Source: Candidatus Omnitrophota bacterium (GTDB taxonomy: Bacteria; Omnitrophota; Gorgyraeia; Pluralincolimonadales; Pluralincolimonadaceae). From it: a stretch of 64,000 nucleotides of DNA. The position numbers and the translations under genes were made by a program. Positions 27,001 to 42,000 of the stretch are shown piece after piece (the first letter of the stretch is position 1; every line of letters begins with the position of its first letter). The notes below the pieces were generated by a model, which did no database searches, was not told the DNA's origin, and was given only the letters and a program-made list of their open reading frames with translations. The stretch is taken from contig JAZDOX010000038.1 in NCBI GenBank assembly GCA_043798215.1, positions 5,659-69,658 on the forward strand, in the 5' to 3' direction.

Positions 27001-30000
27001 GGTCATAGCCGTTGCCGAAGCGCCCGCTATCTTCATATAAGGATTGAGGGTAAAAATCTCGCGCAAACTCGACTGCATTGATGTGACGCTTACTGTTACG
27101 TTCTCCCATATTATCTTAATGGGATCTGCGCCGACGGGGTCCAGACAATTCAATGAAGGATTTTCCGCTATCAGGTTTATGGCTATCATATAGTCAAGAT
27201 CGGAAAAATTGTTGTTGGGCTTGAGGTCTCTTCCATCGCCGGGTTTTACCGTGCCGTCGCTATAGACACCATAGTCATAGCCGTATTTATCGGTCATCGC
27301 GCGGACTACCGAAGCAACCTCGTTTAAGGTGTAAAATTTATCTACTAAGCCGCCAAACTGAACGGACAAAAGCGCGTTATTTATCATAGTGACTTTCACG
27401 GCGTCGCTAAGCGTTGCCGCAGAGAGACTGTTAAAAGCCCTGCTTAGGGCGTCGCCCTCTACCATAATGCCGTTTACTACCAAAGCCGCTTTTATCTGCG
27501 CCTGAGTCGTTAAATCACAGTCTTGCAAGAAAATCCTGCAGTTTTCCTTTGCCACACATCCGTCAACGCCCGGGCTAAAACAAATATCTCCCGATGTCGG
27601 GTGCTTGCCGTAAGCCACAGCAGGATTGTCCTTAAGGTCATTTATGTTGGTTTTCTTCTCAAAGTTACTGTCCTTGATAAAACCCAAAAGATTTTCTTTT
27701 TTGGCGCGTTGCTCCTGCGTCACGTAGACGCCGGCGCCGGAGAGGATAAACTGCTCGGTGCTTATGAAAAGATCGTGTATCTCATCGGCCAGTATGCTGT
27801 TGGTTTCTTGCATAGCGCCGCGCAGCTCAACATCGCCGGTCTTCATATTCAATAGATGCCCGAATGTCTCTTTGCTGCAAACAGGTATAAGATGGCTGTT
27901 TGTAAACGCCTCTATCAACGCCGCCTTTGCCGTCTTTGCCTCTTCTGAGCCGGAAACATTTTTGACATAGGCCTTTTGATATAACTCATCTACGTCTATA
28001 ACCTTTAAACCGACCGCGGCCAGGATATCCGAAACCTTCTTTGCCACAACCGGATCTGCCGCTTCACCGTTTGTGTTCTCTGTTCCGCAAACCTTAGGCA
28101 CGTCTATCTTTTGCAGTAAAAGCAACGCCTGCATCTTATCGCCGGTCTGTAGATATTCCGCGGCAAGCTCCATTATAAAAGTCAGCGTCTTGCCGCCGGA
28201 GGTCTCAATATTTATAACATTCTGACCGTCTAAAAGCTCGAGGCCGACTTTTTGAGCCTCTCTTAATTCCGGATAAGCGTAAAGCGTAAAAAGGGTCTCG
28301 GCAAATGCCAAAGCAACGGCCTTATCGCAGTGTCCGGGTGTTAAGATATTGCCTGTCTGGCCTAAAATGCTGGTTATCTGTTTGCCCGCCGCTTCAAAGC
28401 TGGTTCTTCCCGTTATGCAGCCGTCTATTACGTTCTTTATGCTTTCGCTGTGGGATTGCAGATCCTTAAATCTGGCGTCAACCGCCACAACCTCTGCGTC
28501 GGGGAAGAAGTCCTCGACAAATTTCGCTGAATCCACCTCTATCTTGCCATTTATCTCCTGCGCATACTCGCCGCCTAACGCCTGCGCCATATTCGACACA
28601 CTCAAACCCACAACGTGGGCCAAGAGGGCAAGCTGTCCTTCGTTGCCTAAGGTTGAGACCTTGTTGGAAAGATTACTTTCAGATATAGGCGCAATTAGAA
28701 CAATACCGTTATCTTTCAAAAATTTATTGAACTGGCCTATACCTTCTTGAGAATTTTCCGATACGGTTATTATCCCTCTTTCTTTGGCTATACTTAGAAG
28801 CTGGCGTACCGTTAAACCCGTATCATCAAGAACTATTTTTACACCGCCGGTTTTAACCGCTGCGGCGACAAATGGCGAAGAAGAGGTAATGCTTGGGGCT
28901 GTGATAATAAAACCGTCTCCGCCAGCCGCCTTTAAGGCGCTATTCCACGCTGTTAGGCTTGTATGGTCGTTTAATCTGGCTAACGCGCTGACATTGATAT
29001 TCAGCTCATTAGATATAAAATCGGCCGTCGTCATACCCTTTTCGGATGCCGCCGTTGAGATGAGCTTAGTTTTTTCGGTATAATTACCGAATGTCTTGCC
29101 TGAGGCGTTCTCCGCATCCCCTATCGTCTTGCCGTCAAGATTTCCTACTCCGACACCGCTATACCTGACAAAAATTCCCGCATCGTCATTAGGACTCGGG
29201 GCATAGGCCGTGAAATTAAATCCTAACTTTTCGGCATACGCCTTAAATGTGTTGCCGCCCTGGTTGTCATAGCCGTAAAACTTCGCTAAATCTCCAAAAT
29301 CCATTATTCCAAAACATTTGGCTATGTCGGCTACGGATATGCCAAAATCAATCGCCACAGAACTCAGAGTAAATTTATCGATATCGGCGTCTGTTAGAAG
29401 AGGGTTGGAAAGTTTCGCATTTACTAATATGAAATCGTAGATCTCCGGGCTTTTACTTTTGATACTCCCCAGTTCTATGCCCGCCAATGGCAAACATCCT
29501 GTTTGTTCAATAACTTTTGCTATATCTGAAGCGGCCGATACAGGCAACGCCAAATATTTAAAGCCGAGATGTTCGGCTATCTCAAGAGGAGTTTTATTGA
29601 GAATAGTCGCTGTCTCGCCTATTGACAGATGGAACATAGAAGCCGCCGCCTCAATATCGTTTAGGCCGGAGCCTTTGCTTAGCATCGCTAAAGTGCAGGG
29701 TTTGCCGCCGGAATTATCTTCCAACGCCCTTATCTTATCTGTAATCAACGCGGCCGATTCAACATCGTCTTTTCCTTCAACATAAACCTTAAATATCGGG
29801 GCTAAATATTTCAAAATGAAGTCATCGGTTACGCAATCTATATCGCGGCCTCCTACAATATTGCTGTTCCAAGCGCCTTTTGCCTTTGCCAGCCGTTCCA
29901 ATGTAACACTATCGTCGCCTAAAAGAGACTTTACATACATACTAACGGCATTGCTAAGAGTCCCGCTGCCAAACTCGCTGCTATCAATAAGATAGAGCCT

Positions 30001-33000
30001 CATATTCTCATCGTCTATGCTCCCGCCAAATAGATAAGAATCGACCGCAATGTCTATTAATCCAGAAGAAACGCCGCCGCCAAGCATCCATCCAAAAGTC
30101 GAGTTTAGAATAGGGGTAAAGACGCTTCTATCTATTAATCTCGCGGCGAAATCGCCCACATTCTTATCTACCCAGCTTATGGCGCGATTGAGCAGATCAT
30201 ATTCGCCAAGAAGCTTAACCCTTGCCCCTGCAAGTACCGGACCTAAAGTAGCGTAAAGCCCTGAAACTACCCACATCCTTTCGCTTAATATAGGCGCGGT
30301 TATCGTGTAGAGCATCTCGTCTGCCAAAGATAAAGGAGTCTCGCCCCAGCCGCTGCTTGCGGTCCCGGGCACATTAAGAAATGAACCGCTATATAATAAT
30401 GCTTGCGCCGGCAATCTTAACCATGAGTCCTTCTCTATACCTGACATATCCAAGAGCGAATTTAAAGTCTTTCCGGCAAATGAAAACAACGTATTGTATT
30501 GAGTGGCAACAAGCACGCCTTTGGCTATATTCGCGGCCAATCCCAGAAGAGGATAAACGCACGGCGCTCCCGGTGTCGGCGTCAAAGCAGCCGCCGTCAC
30601 AATAAGAATCGCGGAAGCTGTTGTTAATGCCCCTGCCTTGATTATTCTCTCTGTCCTGTCCGCCTGATGGTTGAGGTAATAACTTTCCGCGGTCTGGCCC
30701 CAAGCAAAGAGAGTATCCAATGAGGTATTCATTGTATCCTTTACCAAATCGAAATATCCGTTCGCAAAATCATAGGCGCCGGCTATATCGCCATCCACAA
30801 GACGCTCGATCACCGTATCTGTATACGCGTATACCAAATTGTAATCCTGGCTTAAGCTTTCTTCAAACGGGTTTTGATCTTCACCAGCAGGTGAAAGAGG
30901 GTCTCCCATAGCCTCTTGATATTCATATTTGTCAAAGACCTGCCGTCCTTGTCCCTTGAAAAAGCCGTTATCGAGACCGAGGTTGACTTTTTCAGCAGCG
31001 GTTCTCATATCAACGCAAAGCAAGAGCGCCGCGAACTTCTTGCTGAAATTTTGCTCTCTTTCCGCGTAGTTGGTCCTGTTGAGAAACTCTTGAACAAGGC
31101 CAAAATCCTGCGTCCGTTCAAACTCTTTCATTAAATTTGCAAACTCGGCTTCCAGCAAATCCAATGCCGCTTCTTCCGCCACTAATTCATTAGCGAGATT
31201 ACGCGCGTCTGCGCCAGTTCCTGTAAATACAAACGAGGAATCGAGACCGGGATTATATGCGGATAACGGAAGGAAATAATCACTGTCTATATAGTCTTTC
31301 AATTCTTTTGCTGTCTTTGGTCCGGCTCCAATAAGCGTAAGCAGATCATTTTCCGCATTCGCCTCGGCGATGGACGGTTCCAAAAACCAGCCTTTTACTA
31401 AGTCCTTACTGCCCTCCTCCGTGATAACCCCTAATTCTTTCAAGACGTCCAATGCCTTAGTGTCTTCTTTTATAAAATCCCTCACCTGCGCCTTGCCGGA
31501 ACCGTCTAATTTTTCAAAGGATCTTATAAAATCTTCTTTCGCTTCGTTATATTTCTCCTCCGCTGAGCGCGCTTCTGTCTCCGTATTTGCTACCTTCGGG
31601 GCTAACTCGTTACATAATTTTTGCTGATCCGCTATTGCCTCCTCCGTAATTATAATCAAACTTCCCTCTTGGGATTTTGCTCTCTGCCACTCGAGCAATG
31701 CCTTTGCGGCGGCGCTATAGTCATTTGCCGCCGCAGACGCTTCATCCTTCTTTTTATAGTAAGCTTTTCCTTCTTTTTTGGCGTTATCCAAAAGGCTCAA
31801 AGATTTAATTACCGCCTCATCTCCGGTCTCCTTCTTTAATGGATCGAAAGAGTTCTGCAGTAATAACCCGCGCATCTGTTTTTCGGCCGCCTGCCAATAC
31901 GCGCTAAATTCTTTGCCGTCGGGCGCAGGGCAGTACAAACCTTGACTTTCCATAAAGCCGAATATTACATCCTGGCGATTGAATATATACGCTTCCTTGC
32001 AAAGGTCAAATAACCCATCATAAAACCCGCCTGATTGAACACACTCATTTAGCAGCGCGTTGGTAAACTGGCCGGGAAGATAACCGCCGACGGTTATCAA
32101 AGTTGCGGCGTCATTTCCTTTGTTATCCAAATAATCGCCCATCTCCAGGCATTGCAAGAACTTCTCAGTCAATAGAGACACCGAACCGCGGCCGCTCATT
32201 ATAAAATCGTTTATCGTAAGCCCATTGGGCTTCAATATCTCTTCATAGAATAAATCCACCCCGTTTATAGCTCCGTATTCGGTATCAACCTCAAAAACCT
32301 CAAGCTCTTTTATGATATTCTGATGGCGTGCCTGCGCCGACCATACTTCGGCGTTATTAAGATCGGTGACGTATAAAACGGCGTTCTCGGAGCTGTTCGG
32401 ATCATAAACAGTTATCGTATTTTTAATTAAATCGGTGGCTGTCTCTATCTTCCTGGTAACAGTATTAAAAACAACTATTCCTTCCGCAATATTTTTGCCG
32501 TTTTCCGGAGATGCGCTAAAGTATGTCCTTGTTGTCAGCCCGGTCTTATCATCGGCAATATCCTGAAAAGAAAGGCGCAATGCCGCGCCGCCGGTATAAT
32601 AATTCGACTGATTATACATATCTATAATTGAAGTTCCGTCGGGATTTTGTTGCAGCGTTATGTCGGCGCCGGTTATTGCTTTATAAGTGGTGGTTATCTT
32701 CCCATCTTTATCTTGTTGTATTATCGTATTAAACAGCCTTGTCTTGCCGCCGCCTATAATGATCGTCCTGCCGCCATCGGGAAGCGTGATTGAGGTAACC
32801 GGGTCGTCGTATGTTATGGCAAACTCAAGTCCTTTAACCGGCGCTGTCTTCAGCGAAGAAACCTCGATGAGGGCGCCGCCGGGAAGGCTAATGCCGTCTA
32901 TAACCGTATCGTGCCCGAGACGCCTGCTGACCACCCTGCCTAAACTGTCTATTATCTGGGCTTCGTCAAGAATATCCTCTTTTAAATAACTTAAATAGTT

Positions 33001-36000
33001 TTCTGGAAGAGGACCCTGAACGATATTCTGCAGCCCGCTCTTGGAATTATATATTTTGACTTCTCTAAATCCGTATTTATCGGCGGCGCCTATAGTCTGA
33101 AGCGTTCTATCGCTGGCGTAATCTTTCAATATCGTCTCTTTTAACTCGAGAAAATTCATTGAACCAACCTCAATTCCATTGGCATCCTTAACAGTCTCTG
33201 TCTTTCTTTCATAGTTGTAGATAGTCTTCGTTCCTGTTTCAAAATCGGAGACTATCCAGGGATATAATCTCGCGCTGCCGTCTTCAAGCCATATCGCCTT
33301 TGTTAGAGAAATTCTATTATCGCCGGCGTCGCTATGAGAACTCATCGTGTCAATTGTTACTATAACCTCTCCTAACCGCGTCTTGTCTTTCTCGTAACCA
33401 TAAAATCCCACTTTGCCTTCGCAATGGCCATCATAGTCTTCCGTGTACTCTTTGGATTCAACCAACGATTCGATTGAACCGCTTTGATTCAACGTTGTAA
33501 TTATCTCGCCGGTATTCAGATTTTTGGATATGGTTCTGTAATCATAGCTATTGCCTAACACGATCTCTTCCTGCCCGGGCAAGAAATCAATATAAGCGTT
33601 ATTTAAAACTACGGGAGCGGCTTTCGAATCTTTTTTAGTATAATCGGTTATCGACTGCGCCCTGCCTTTATTGTCAAAATTTCCGTATACCCCTGTCTTT
33701 ATTCCGCAGTTTTCATCGAATATGCCGGTTGAATAAATTTCGTTAAAGGTTGATTTATCCAAAATATAACACTCAACCGATATCAATTCCTTACCGTCAT
33801 ATATATATTTCTTTATGGCGGCCTTCTCCAGCGCCTCTCCTTCAATATCATCCCGTATATAGTTCAAATTCGCGGCGGCCATCTCAAAATCCGACTCTTT
33901 CAGATCTTCGGTCAACAAGTCAAAATCAAGCAGGCCGTCTTTATAAAATTTAATCTCGCCGTTCTTAAAATCTATGTATATCTGTATCGGCTGATTAAAA
34001 GCGTTCGTCGTATCTAACTTAATGCCTATCTTCCCCCCTGTGGCCTTGTCTTCAACGTAATCGAAATAGTCTTCTTCTACTAACTGCGCGTCGCCTTTCT
34101 TCAGCAACTCGCCGACATAATCGTATCTTATATCCATCCAATCATTAAGCGGAGTTAAGATGTGTTTCTCAAAAAGCCCGCCGCCGACAAAAGCCTCCGG
34201 CGCTTTATTCTCGAGATAACCGACAAGGGCATACCTTAAGGCGTCGTCCATATCGCCTCCGATAAATATGCCCTGCATATTTTCCAAGATATTGTAGGCT
34301 ACTTTTAATGTTTCTGCCTCAAGCCCCTTTTCGATATCGGCAGATTCCAGGATATCCTGACTCTCATTGCTCAACTCTCCGTAACCTGTCCTAAGAGCCC
34401 ATCCGATCAAAGCTCTTATAGCATCGTCCTTTACTCCGCATTTCTTTAGCGTGGAATCTATGGCCATATTCACGCTCTCTTTAGCGGTTGCCGTTACCAT
34501 CTGGCCCAAACCCATCTTCCACTCCTGGCCGGCTTTGACAGGCTGGCCGCTGAAATAGCCGCGAGTAAAGGATGTGCCGGCGGTAGCCAACAAAGACGAC
34601 CATGTCTCATTTAATCCCGCGCTCTCCAGCAAGGATTCAAGGCCCATATTCACCGCCTGATAGATAACATTATCTATCATATAACTCTTAAAACTTTCCC
34701 ATGTGGAGACGGTCGTAACGCCCGCCACGCCGCTGGTTGTTGTGCCCGTTGTCCCGGCCGCTCCCGTCCCGAATAAATTTGAAAGCCATCCGTCCGGAAG
34801 TAACTTCCCTAAACCCTCGCCTACGACTTGTCCAACACAAGAAGTAACAAGTGACGTTATGCCCGCGCCCACACCCGCCATAGGGTCCCTTGTTAAAGTA
34901 GCGGCCTTATAGCCCTGCCAGGTAGCGGCTAAAGCAGGATTCACATAAAATAACACCGCTGTTACAATAAAATCACATACCTTAAACCAATCCTCGTCTG
35001 AATGTTTAACTAGCCACTTGCGGAATTTGCTTCCATTAGCCCAGTCGTCTTTCCAGAGAGAGACCTTTTCTTTATCTATGAAATTGCCGTAATTGTCGTA
35101 TTTATAATAATATTTATCTTCCCCTTTATATCCGCCTCGATACTCGTTGTGATAATAGTAAAGGATCTCGCTTATCGGCATCCCTAAACTGTATTCGATA
35201 TCGCGGATTCTGGTTATATTTTTACCCGGCTGAGTGTCGGCTATGTCGTAACCGCGTATCTGCTTATATGAATTATAGATAAAATCGGTCTTGGTCATAT
35301 CGCCGGTCTTTTCCCATTCGAGCAAACTGTATGGATCGTATTTGGCTGAATATGAGGCGTCTTCATTGCTCATATAATAACCAATAATATTCCCCATTGG
35401 ATCATATGCTATATTGAACATACCGCTGTCTTCGCCGCCATAGATATTCCTTAAAGCCGTGCTAAGCGGTTTGCCTAATAAATCATAACTGGTATAACCC
35501 CTTAAGGCGCTATTAAATATACTATCCCCGCTGTAATTCTCCTCGAGCCAACTTATCATATTGCCTGAATCATCGCGGCTGATATAGCTTTTTACGGTTG
35601 TAAGATCAACGGGCAGACCCGTAAGTTCCCAAGTATAAACATTAAACGTTTTACCAAACCTTGTATAGGGATGATTTACTTTTTCCCACTGCTGGCCGGT
35701 TCCCTCTCTATGCGTCTCAAGGACTTCATTGTAAGCGCCTGAACCATACCAATCCGCCGAATAATTGGTTGTCGTTGTTAAAAATCCCGCGGCTGTTCCA
35801 TCTATCTTATCCCATACGGTTCTGCTAATATCTTTATAACCCTGCATATTGCCGAATCTATCATAAGTAAAAGTTTTATTGCCGAAGACAGAGGGAAGAC
35901 GCCAGCCATTTTCGGCGTCAAGCCATTGGCTGCCGGTATATTCATAACTCAAAAGTTGGTTCTTCCAATTATATTGGTTGTTATACTGTTTATACTGGTC

Positions 36001-39000
36001 GACGATATCTTTAAAACCGGCCGCCGATGTAACTTTCTTAACGTCGAAGCTGGTCGCGTTTCCATAATTATCACGCTCATTTATGGTCCGTATTTCAGTT
36101 ATTGCGGTAACCAGCTTGTGGTTCTCTAATAATGTCGTGGTGGTCGTTGATATATCAACGCGGCCTGTTTCTATATCGGCTTGGTTGGCCTGCGCTATCT
36201 TTACCTCTTGAACTCTGCCGTTCGCGTAGACATCCTTCAGATATTCGTTTTGGGTTAGGATATCGCCCCAAACGTCATAAGTTATAACACTATCTTCCGA
36301 TTCAGCCTTTACTAACTGACTTCCCATATCGAATGAATTTAGGTTATCAAAAATAGCATACCCTATGACTCCCGGCGCGTCGCCATATACACAATAAAAA
36401 TCATAGTTGCAATATTTGCCGCCAACCCCGTTAATCACATGACGCTTACTAACTACGCCGTCTTTATAATACTCCAGCTCAAAGGGTATATCGCTTCCGC
36501 TATACAAAGATCCCTTATGCGTAACTCCTTTATTAAAATTTTGTAGAAAATAGGTTGTATCCGAGACTTTGGCAAAATACTTATCTTCAAAATCATCGAC
36601 GGAGTAGGTTATATCAAAAACTCTGCGGCCATTCCCGATAAAATAAAAATATTCTGTTTTTTCCGACAGAGGCGCCATATCAAAAGACGCGCTGCGAAAA
36701 ACATCATATTTTTCCTGAATCATCTGTGGGGAGCCGCAGTTCCAGTTCAAAAGTTTACTATAATCTATCTCTCCATTTATCTCATCAATAACAGTTAACC
36801 GTTCTGTTTCATAATCTTTGTATAGCAACTCTGCAAAATCTATGCCGCGGCCGGAGCTTGCGTCGTAATCGCCGAAATAATATTGTTCGCGATATTTATA
36901 GATAAGATAATACCTATTTCGAAACTCAACATTTTTCTTTTCAACCTGCTTTATGCCGCCGGTCGGACTATATGTATAACAATATTGCGTATTCCTCTGC
37001 TGGAAGGACTTATCTAACATTTTTCTCTCTGAATTAAACTTGGCGAGTATTTCAATCTCACCCTCGGACGTGTGGTAGATTCCTTCAAGAAGCGCCGCCA
37101 ACTCTTCCGCGCTATCTATATCTTGATTAAAATATACCTTGTCTGAATCAAGCGCGTCCTTTTTAAGGATTACCGCGCCAACTTCATCTTGTATATCATG
37201 CATTGTGATTTCTGAAATGTCTAATTCCGTCGCTATAAAACTATTATTGTAATATCCGGCGGGATCGGCCTCTTTCACATCCAAAAGTGTCAGCCTTATT
37301 TTTTCTCTGCAAAATTCGTCTCTATTACCGGGATTCACATCGATGTAATCTCGGTCATAGATCACTTCATTTTCCCTGCTTAACTGTTGTGACATAAAAG
37401 AATTCGACGCCGAGGGGGCATCTAAAGTTGATTCAACCGTTACATCGCGCGTATATGTGCCATCACCATTAAATAGCAGGCCCCCGTAAGAAACGCTTGC
37501 CGCTGTTGTTCCGCAAGCCGCAAGAAATTCAAGATCCCTGCTTGTGGATGCCGGGCCGTTTATCAGGCGAACCGGACGCTTAAAATCGTCGAGCTCTATC
37601 ATAACTTTGCAATACGCTTTTATAGAACCGTCAAAATTATATTCATTCGCGTATAAGTATTTGGGGTTAAAAAGATCCGCGTTACCCAAAAACTCAAAAG
37701 GCGTATGAATAAATATTTTCTTGCGATATGCGGAAAACACTGTTTTTATCGCGGTTTTCTGATTAATATCGGTTATGCCGGAAGCTATCATCAACGCTTC
37801 CAAATCCTCTGTCGTCTTTATGGTTTGATTAAAATAAATGTTGGCAGTTCCGTCAGGCATAAGTATTTTCCCTGAAAAATCCGTTGTGTTTATGATCGTA
37901 TTCAATAGCTCATTTATAACTGCCGTTGCGGCAGTTGCTCCGCAGACATCCGTTAATTTGGCTTCCAGTTCGCTCTTAAGGAAGCTATTGTTTCCTTTGC
38001 GGCTTGACTTAAAACAGTTCACAGCCGCGGTTATGTCGCCGCTTAAAATTATTCCGGCCGCGGCAAGCCGCGCCTGCAACTCGTTTTCAGTCTCTATTGC
38101 CGGATCAAAGAAAATCTTCGCTCCGTCTTCGGTATCAATAGTATCGTCAAATATTATCTTTGCGTTCAAAAGATTAGCCGCAAGCGCCGCCGCGAGGGCG
38201 CTCTTTAAAAAGCTGGCATTAACTTCTACATCTACCCATTGTCCGCTTAACCGATACTCCAGGAATTCCTCTTCAATGGATTTTGACTCAAAGCTAAATT
38301 GATATCTCCCGTCAGATCCGAAAATGGCGGTCTGATTTCCCAAATCATCATAATAATACTTGGATTTTATGCCGCCCAACGCAAACCGTTCATCGTAAAC
38401 ATAGCCAAAAGTCCCCGCCGCAACCGGAGTAAGGCTGTAGTCTATTTTATCTTCGCTATTTACCTTCTTATAAGCGTACATCGTGTTGTCCGCGGCATGC
38501 ACGTAGTCAAGCCCGGGATCTTCGGCGTAAAGTATATCTCCTGATATGCCATAATAAGTCTTCCATCTCCATACGGCTGTATCGCTCCCGTTGTAAGTGA
38601 CGATATATGCTAATTTGCTCAAACCATAAAAATACCGATTATTTGAGGTTACGATCCCCGCATCATTAAAAGACTCTGTTTTACTAATCTGGCCATCGGA
38701 GCTATAAAAGGTTTTCGCGGAAACATAATAATTAGCGGTCAAATAAGCGTAGTTGTCTTTATTGTTCAATACGTTTGTCCTGTGCGTTTCCAGGTTTGCG
38801 CTTGAATAATCCCCAATACAGGATATATTCACATCGAGAAAACCGTTATTATCGGTATCGTAATAAAAAATCGTCGTGGCTTTCTTGGCCCCGTTTAAGT
38901 TGAATGTATTCGAATATTTTTCGCGGCCGAGAATAGCGCCTGAAGTGTAATAACCCACATAACTTCTCCTGACAGCGTCGGCGGGAATATTATTGCGGTC

Positions 39001-42000
39001 GCTTAAAATAGCGCCGCTCTTATACCAAGTTTCCGTATGTTCCAAGTTGCCGTTTCCGTCATAATAATAGAATGTGGTTTCTTTACTTTCTTGGTTATAG
39101 AATCGCTCTATCTTTCCGGTTAAAAGTCCGGAACTATAATAATATGATACTGCGGGCAGGGCCGAATCCAGATAATTATAGTACTTGCAACTGATATCGT
39201 TGACTCCATCTTTGTCTTTATCGTAATAAAAAATGGTCTCCGCAACGGAGCCGTCGGATGCATACGTGTAAGTCTCGATTTGTCTTCCGGCCGAATTGTA
39301 ATATGCGGAGGTAACCGGCAGATCCGAAACCATTCCAATGTTATCAATCATACATTTTCCGTAAACTGCGACCCCAACCAGTTTTGAATAACTTTTGTTG
39401 GCATATTTACGAAGCAATAGCGATAGGTTAAGAGTGGTCTTTTTCCACTGTCCCGTAGTAAAAGAAGTCGAGCAATACGAAACGTAGATTCTATTTGCTA
39501 TATCGGTTGTGCCTCCATAGCAATCGTCGCCATAGCGATACCGCAATCTGTGGGTCTGGCCGGTTGTATCCATTACGGTAAATTCCAAAATAAATACCTC
39601 GTCAGGAGAAGCCTTTACCAGAGCGCTCACGCTTGGCGAATTATAGATATCGGGATTGCTTACCGTATACTTCACCCCAAATTTCGTCTGGTTATAATAA
39701 TCGGGCTCGGATGAAATTACCTTTACGCATTTGGACGAAGGAATTTCGGGATTGCCCGCATTGGCCAATTCGTATGTCCCGGTTCCCGACGCAACCGTCC
39801 ATTTCAACTTTAATTCAGCCGTCGAAGCGTAACCAAAGTAGTCTACCGCCATAGACACGGGATAATCCGTATCGTAAGCATCCACTCTATCGAGAGTAGC
39901 GTTATTACCGTCTCCGCCATCCACTATTTCGGCATCATAGATATACTTATTGTAGTTGTCTTGCGTTACGCCGTCGGCTTCATAATTTATGACGTAATTA
40001 ATTCCCCAATTCACCATATCCTTATATCCGGTCTCGAATTTTTTCTTCGCGCCTTTTGCCGCGTCGAATCCCGTCGTCTCCCATCCGATTATCTTATTTT
40101 CAGAGTATAAATATTCTGAATAAGTATAGACGCCCGCATCGAGCGTAACCGCGTGATTAATATTATTTTCCTGCGTATCGTCGTAAAAAGTAACGGACTT
40201 TTTATTCGGCCCCTTGGCAGCATCGCTGAATCCAGTTCCTGTAATATCGTAAACGGTTATCTTCTCTATCCTGTCTTCTGTCTCGTAATAATCATATTCG
40301 GAATATGAAAAGACGCCGTATTTATCTTTAGAGATAACGTAAGAAACCCTGCTATCCTGCGTATCGTCAAAATATACCTTTGAGGTTATTTTATATGTAT
40401 CCTGATTATTAGAAACGCAGGAAGCCGTTGTCGCGTCCACGCCTATATCTCCGGAAATGGTTATGCTTAAATTATTGAAATGATCGCCATCGCTATCATA
40501 GTAAAGAGTCGTAGCAACTATTTCCGTTCCATCGGTTGAGGCAAATTTAACGGCCGTCAACCTGCCATAAGTGTCATAATAGGAACAGGATTTAAGCGGG
40601 CCTTTGCCGCTCGTTATGCCATCCCATAAGGTATCCACTTTATACGTCTTTACCATAGAAACCGCGGTATTATCGGCGTCGTTATAACTTATATATTCGG
40701 AGAAGCTATATGTGCCGTCTTCATTCCTGTTGGTTACATAATCCACCTCTTGCCCCCCGGCTTTATAAACTGTCAGCTTCGATTCCAATGGATTTCCCTG
40801 CGCGTCAAATTCGTATCCCAAAACCCAGTCGAGAGTATTGGAATTATTATCGATTGCGGTGTCATCATACTTATAGTCGTAAAGATAAGCCACATCCACG
40901 CCGTTATCCTTATAAGTCCAAACACGACTAATGTCTGTACTGTCAGGCGCATAAATTACTTCCGTTAAGAGGCAATTAGATGCTTCTGCCGCCGCTTTAT
41001 CGCTGAATTCGCCTTTGAATATCTCGGTTCTGCCGACATAACCGTTGTAATAGTCATAAAAAGTAGTGGTTGCCTCCGAATCCTGAGAAGGAGCGCCAAA
41101 ATTAAGTTTATACTCATAGGATCTGTCCAACTCTCTTCCGCCGGGAAGGTATATTGTCTTCTTGACCATATTGTTTGCTAATAGGGCTGAATCGGATACC
41201 GCATCCAAAGCAATAGCGGCAACGGCTTCTTTCATCTTTATCACATAACCTCTACCGGGCTCAAAATCCGTGAAGTCGTTTAGATAATTAAGCCGCACCG
41301 GCGACGCGCTATCATAACCCCACTCATAAGTAAATATCTCCTCGACTAGCCCCGTATTAATAAGAGTATCGACGGCGCAATCGGTAAGGGCGGAGATGCC
41401 GATCCAGTTATAACCTTCGACCAATTCCGGAAGAACCGAATCCACAACATTGCCGTGAATTACAAAACCGGCGTCTTCCGTTACTTTAACCTTATACGCT
41501 ATACCAGAATGCATCTCCCTTAGATCGCCTTTCTGAGTGGAAACTGTGTAGCTTGCTGTTTGTGTTTTTGCCTGAACGCATTTATCCCATATTGATGATA
41601 AAACAACCTCTATGGCGCAATTCTCGGGTTCAAATGGCAAAGATATAAGATTCCATCCTTCTTTTAAACTAATCGAATAGACGATATCGCTGAATTTATA
41701 GTCCGTTATCGTATCAATAGTATCGGGATCGGAATCAACAGTCGTATCGTTATAATTATAAACGCTCGTATAATCTATCGAAACACAATCGACCGCGTAT
41801 GAAATAATCTCTTTTATCTGTCCTTTTTCGTTATAATAGATAGTGGATGTTCTATCATCTTTGTCATAAGGCTCTGTTTCTTTCGCGCATTCATATTTTT
41901 CAATTCGCTCCAGAAGACCGTCACTCGAATAGTAGTAAAACGCGGTTTCTTCTATCGTGCCGTCGATGTTATAAATATATTGCCTCGATGCCGTTAAGCC

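Noticed and set aside
5520-39347. Short minus-strand ORFs such as 5520-5717, 9708-10016, 15497-15904, 30389-30703
   Set aside because: Out-of-frame overlaps inside the giant ORF, several within clear domains (PMI, GH5, GT2).
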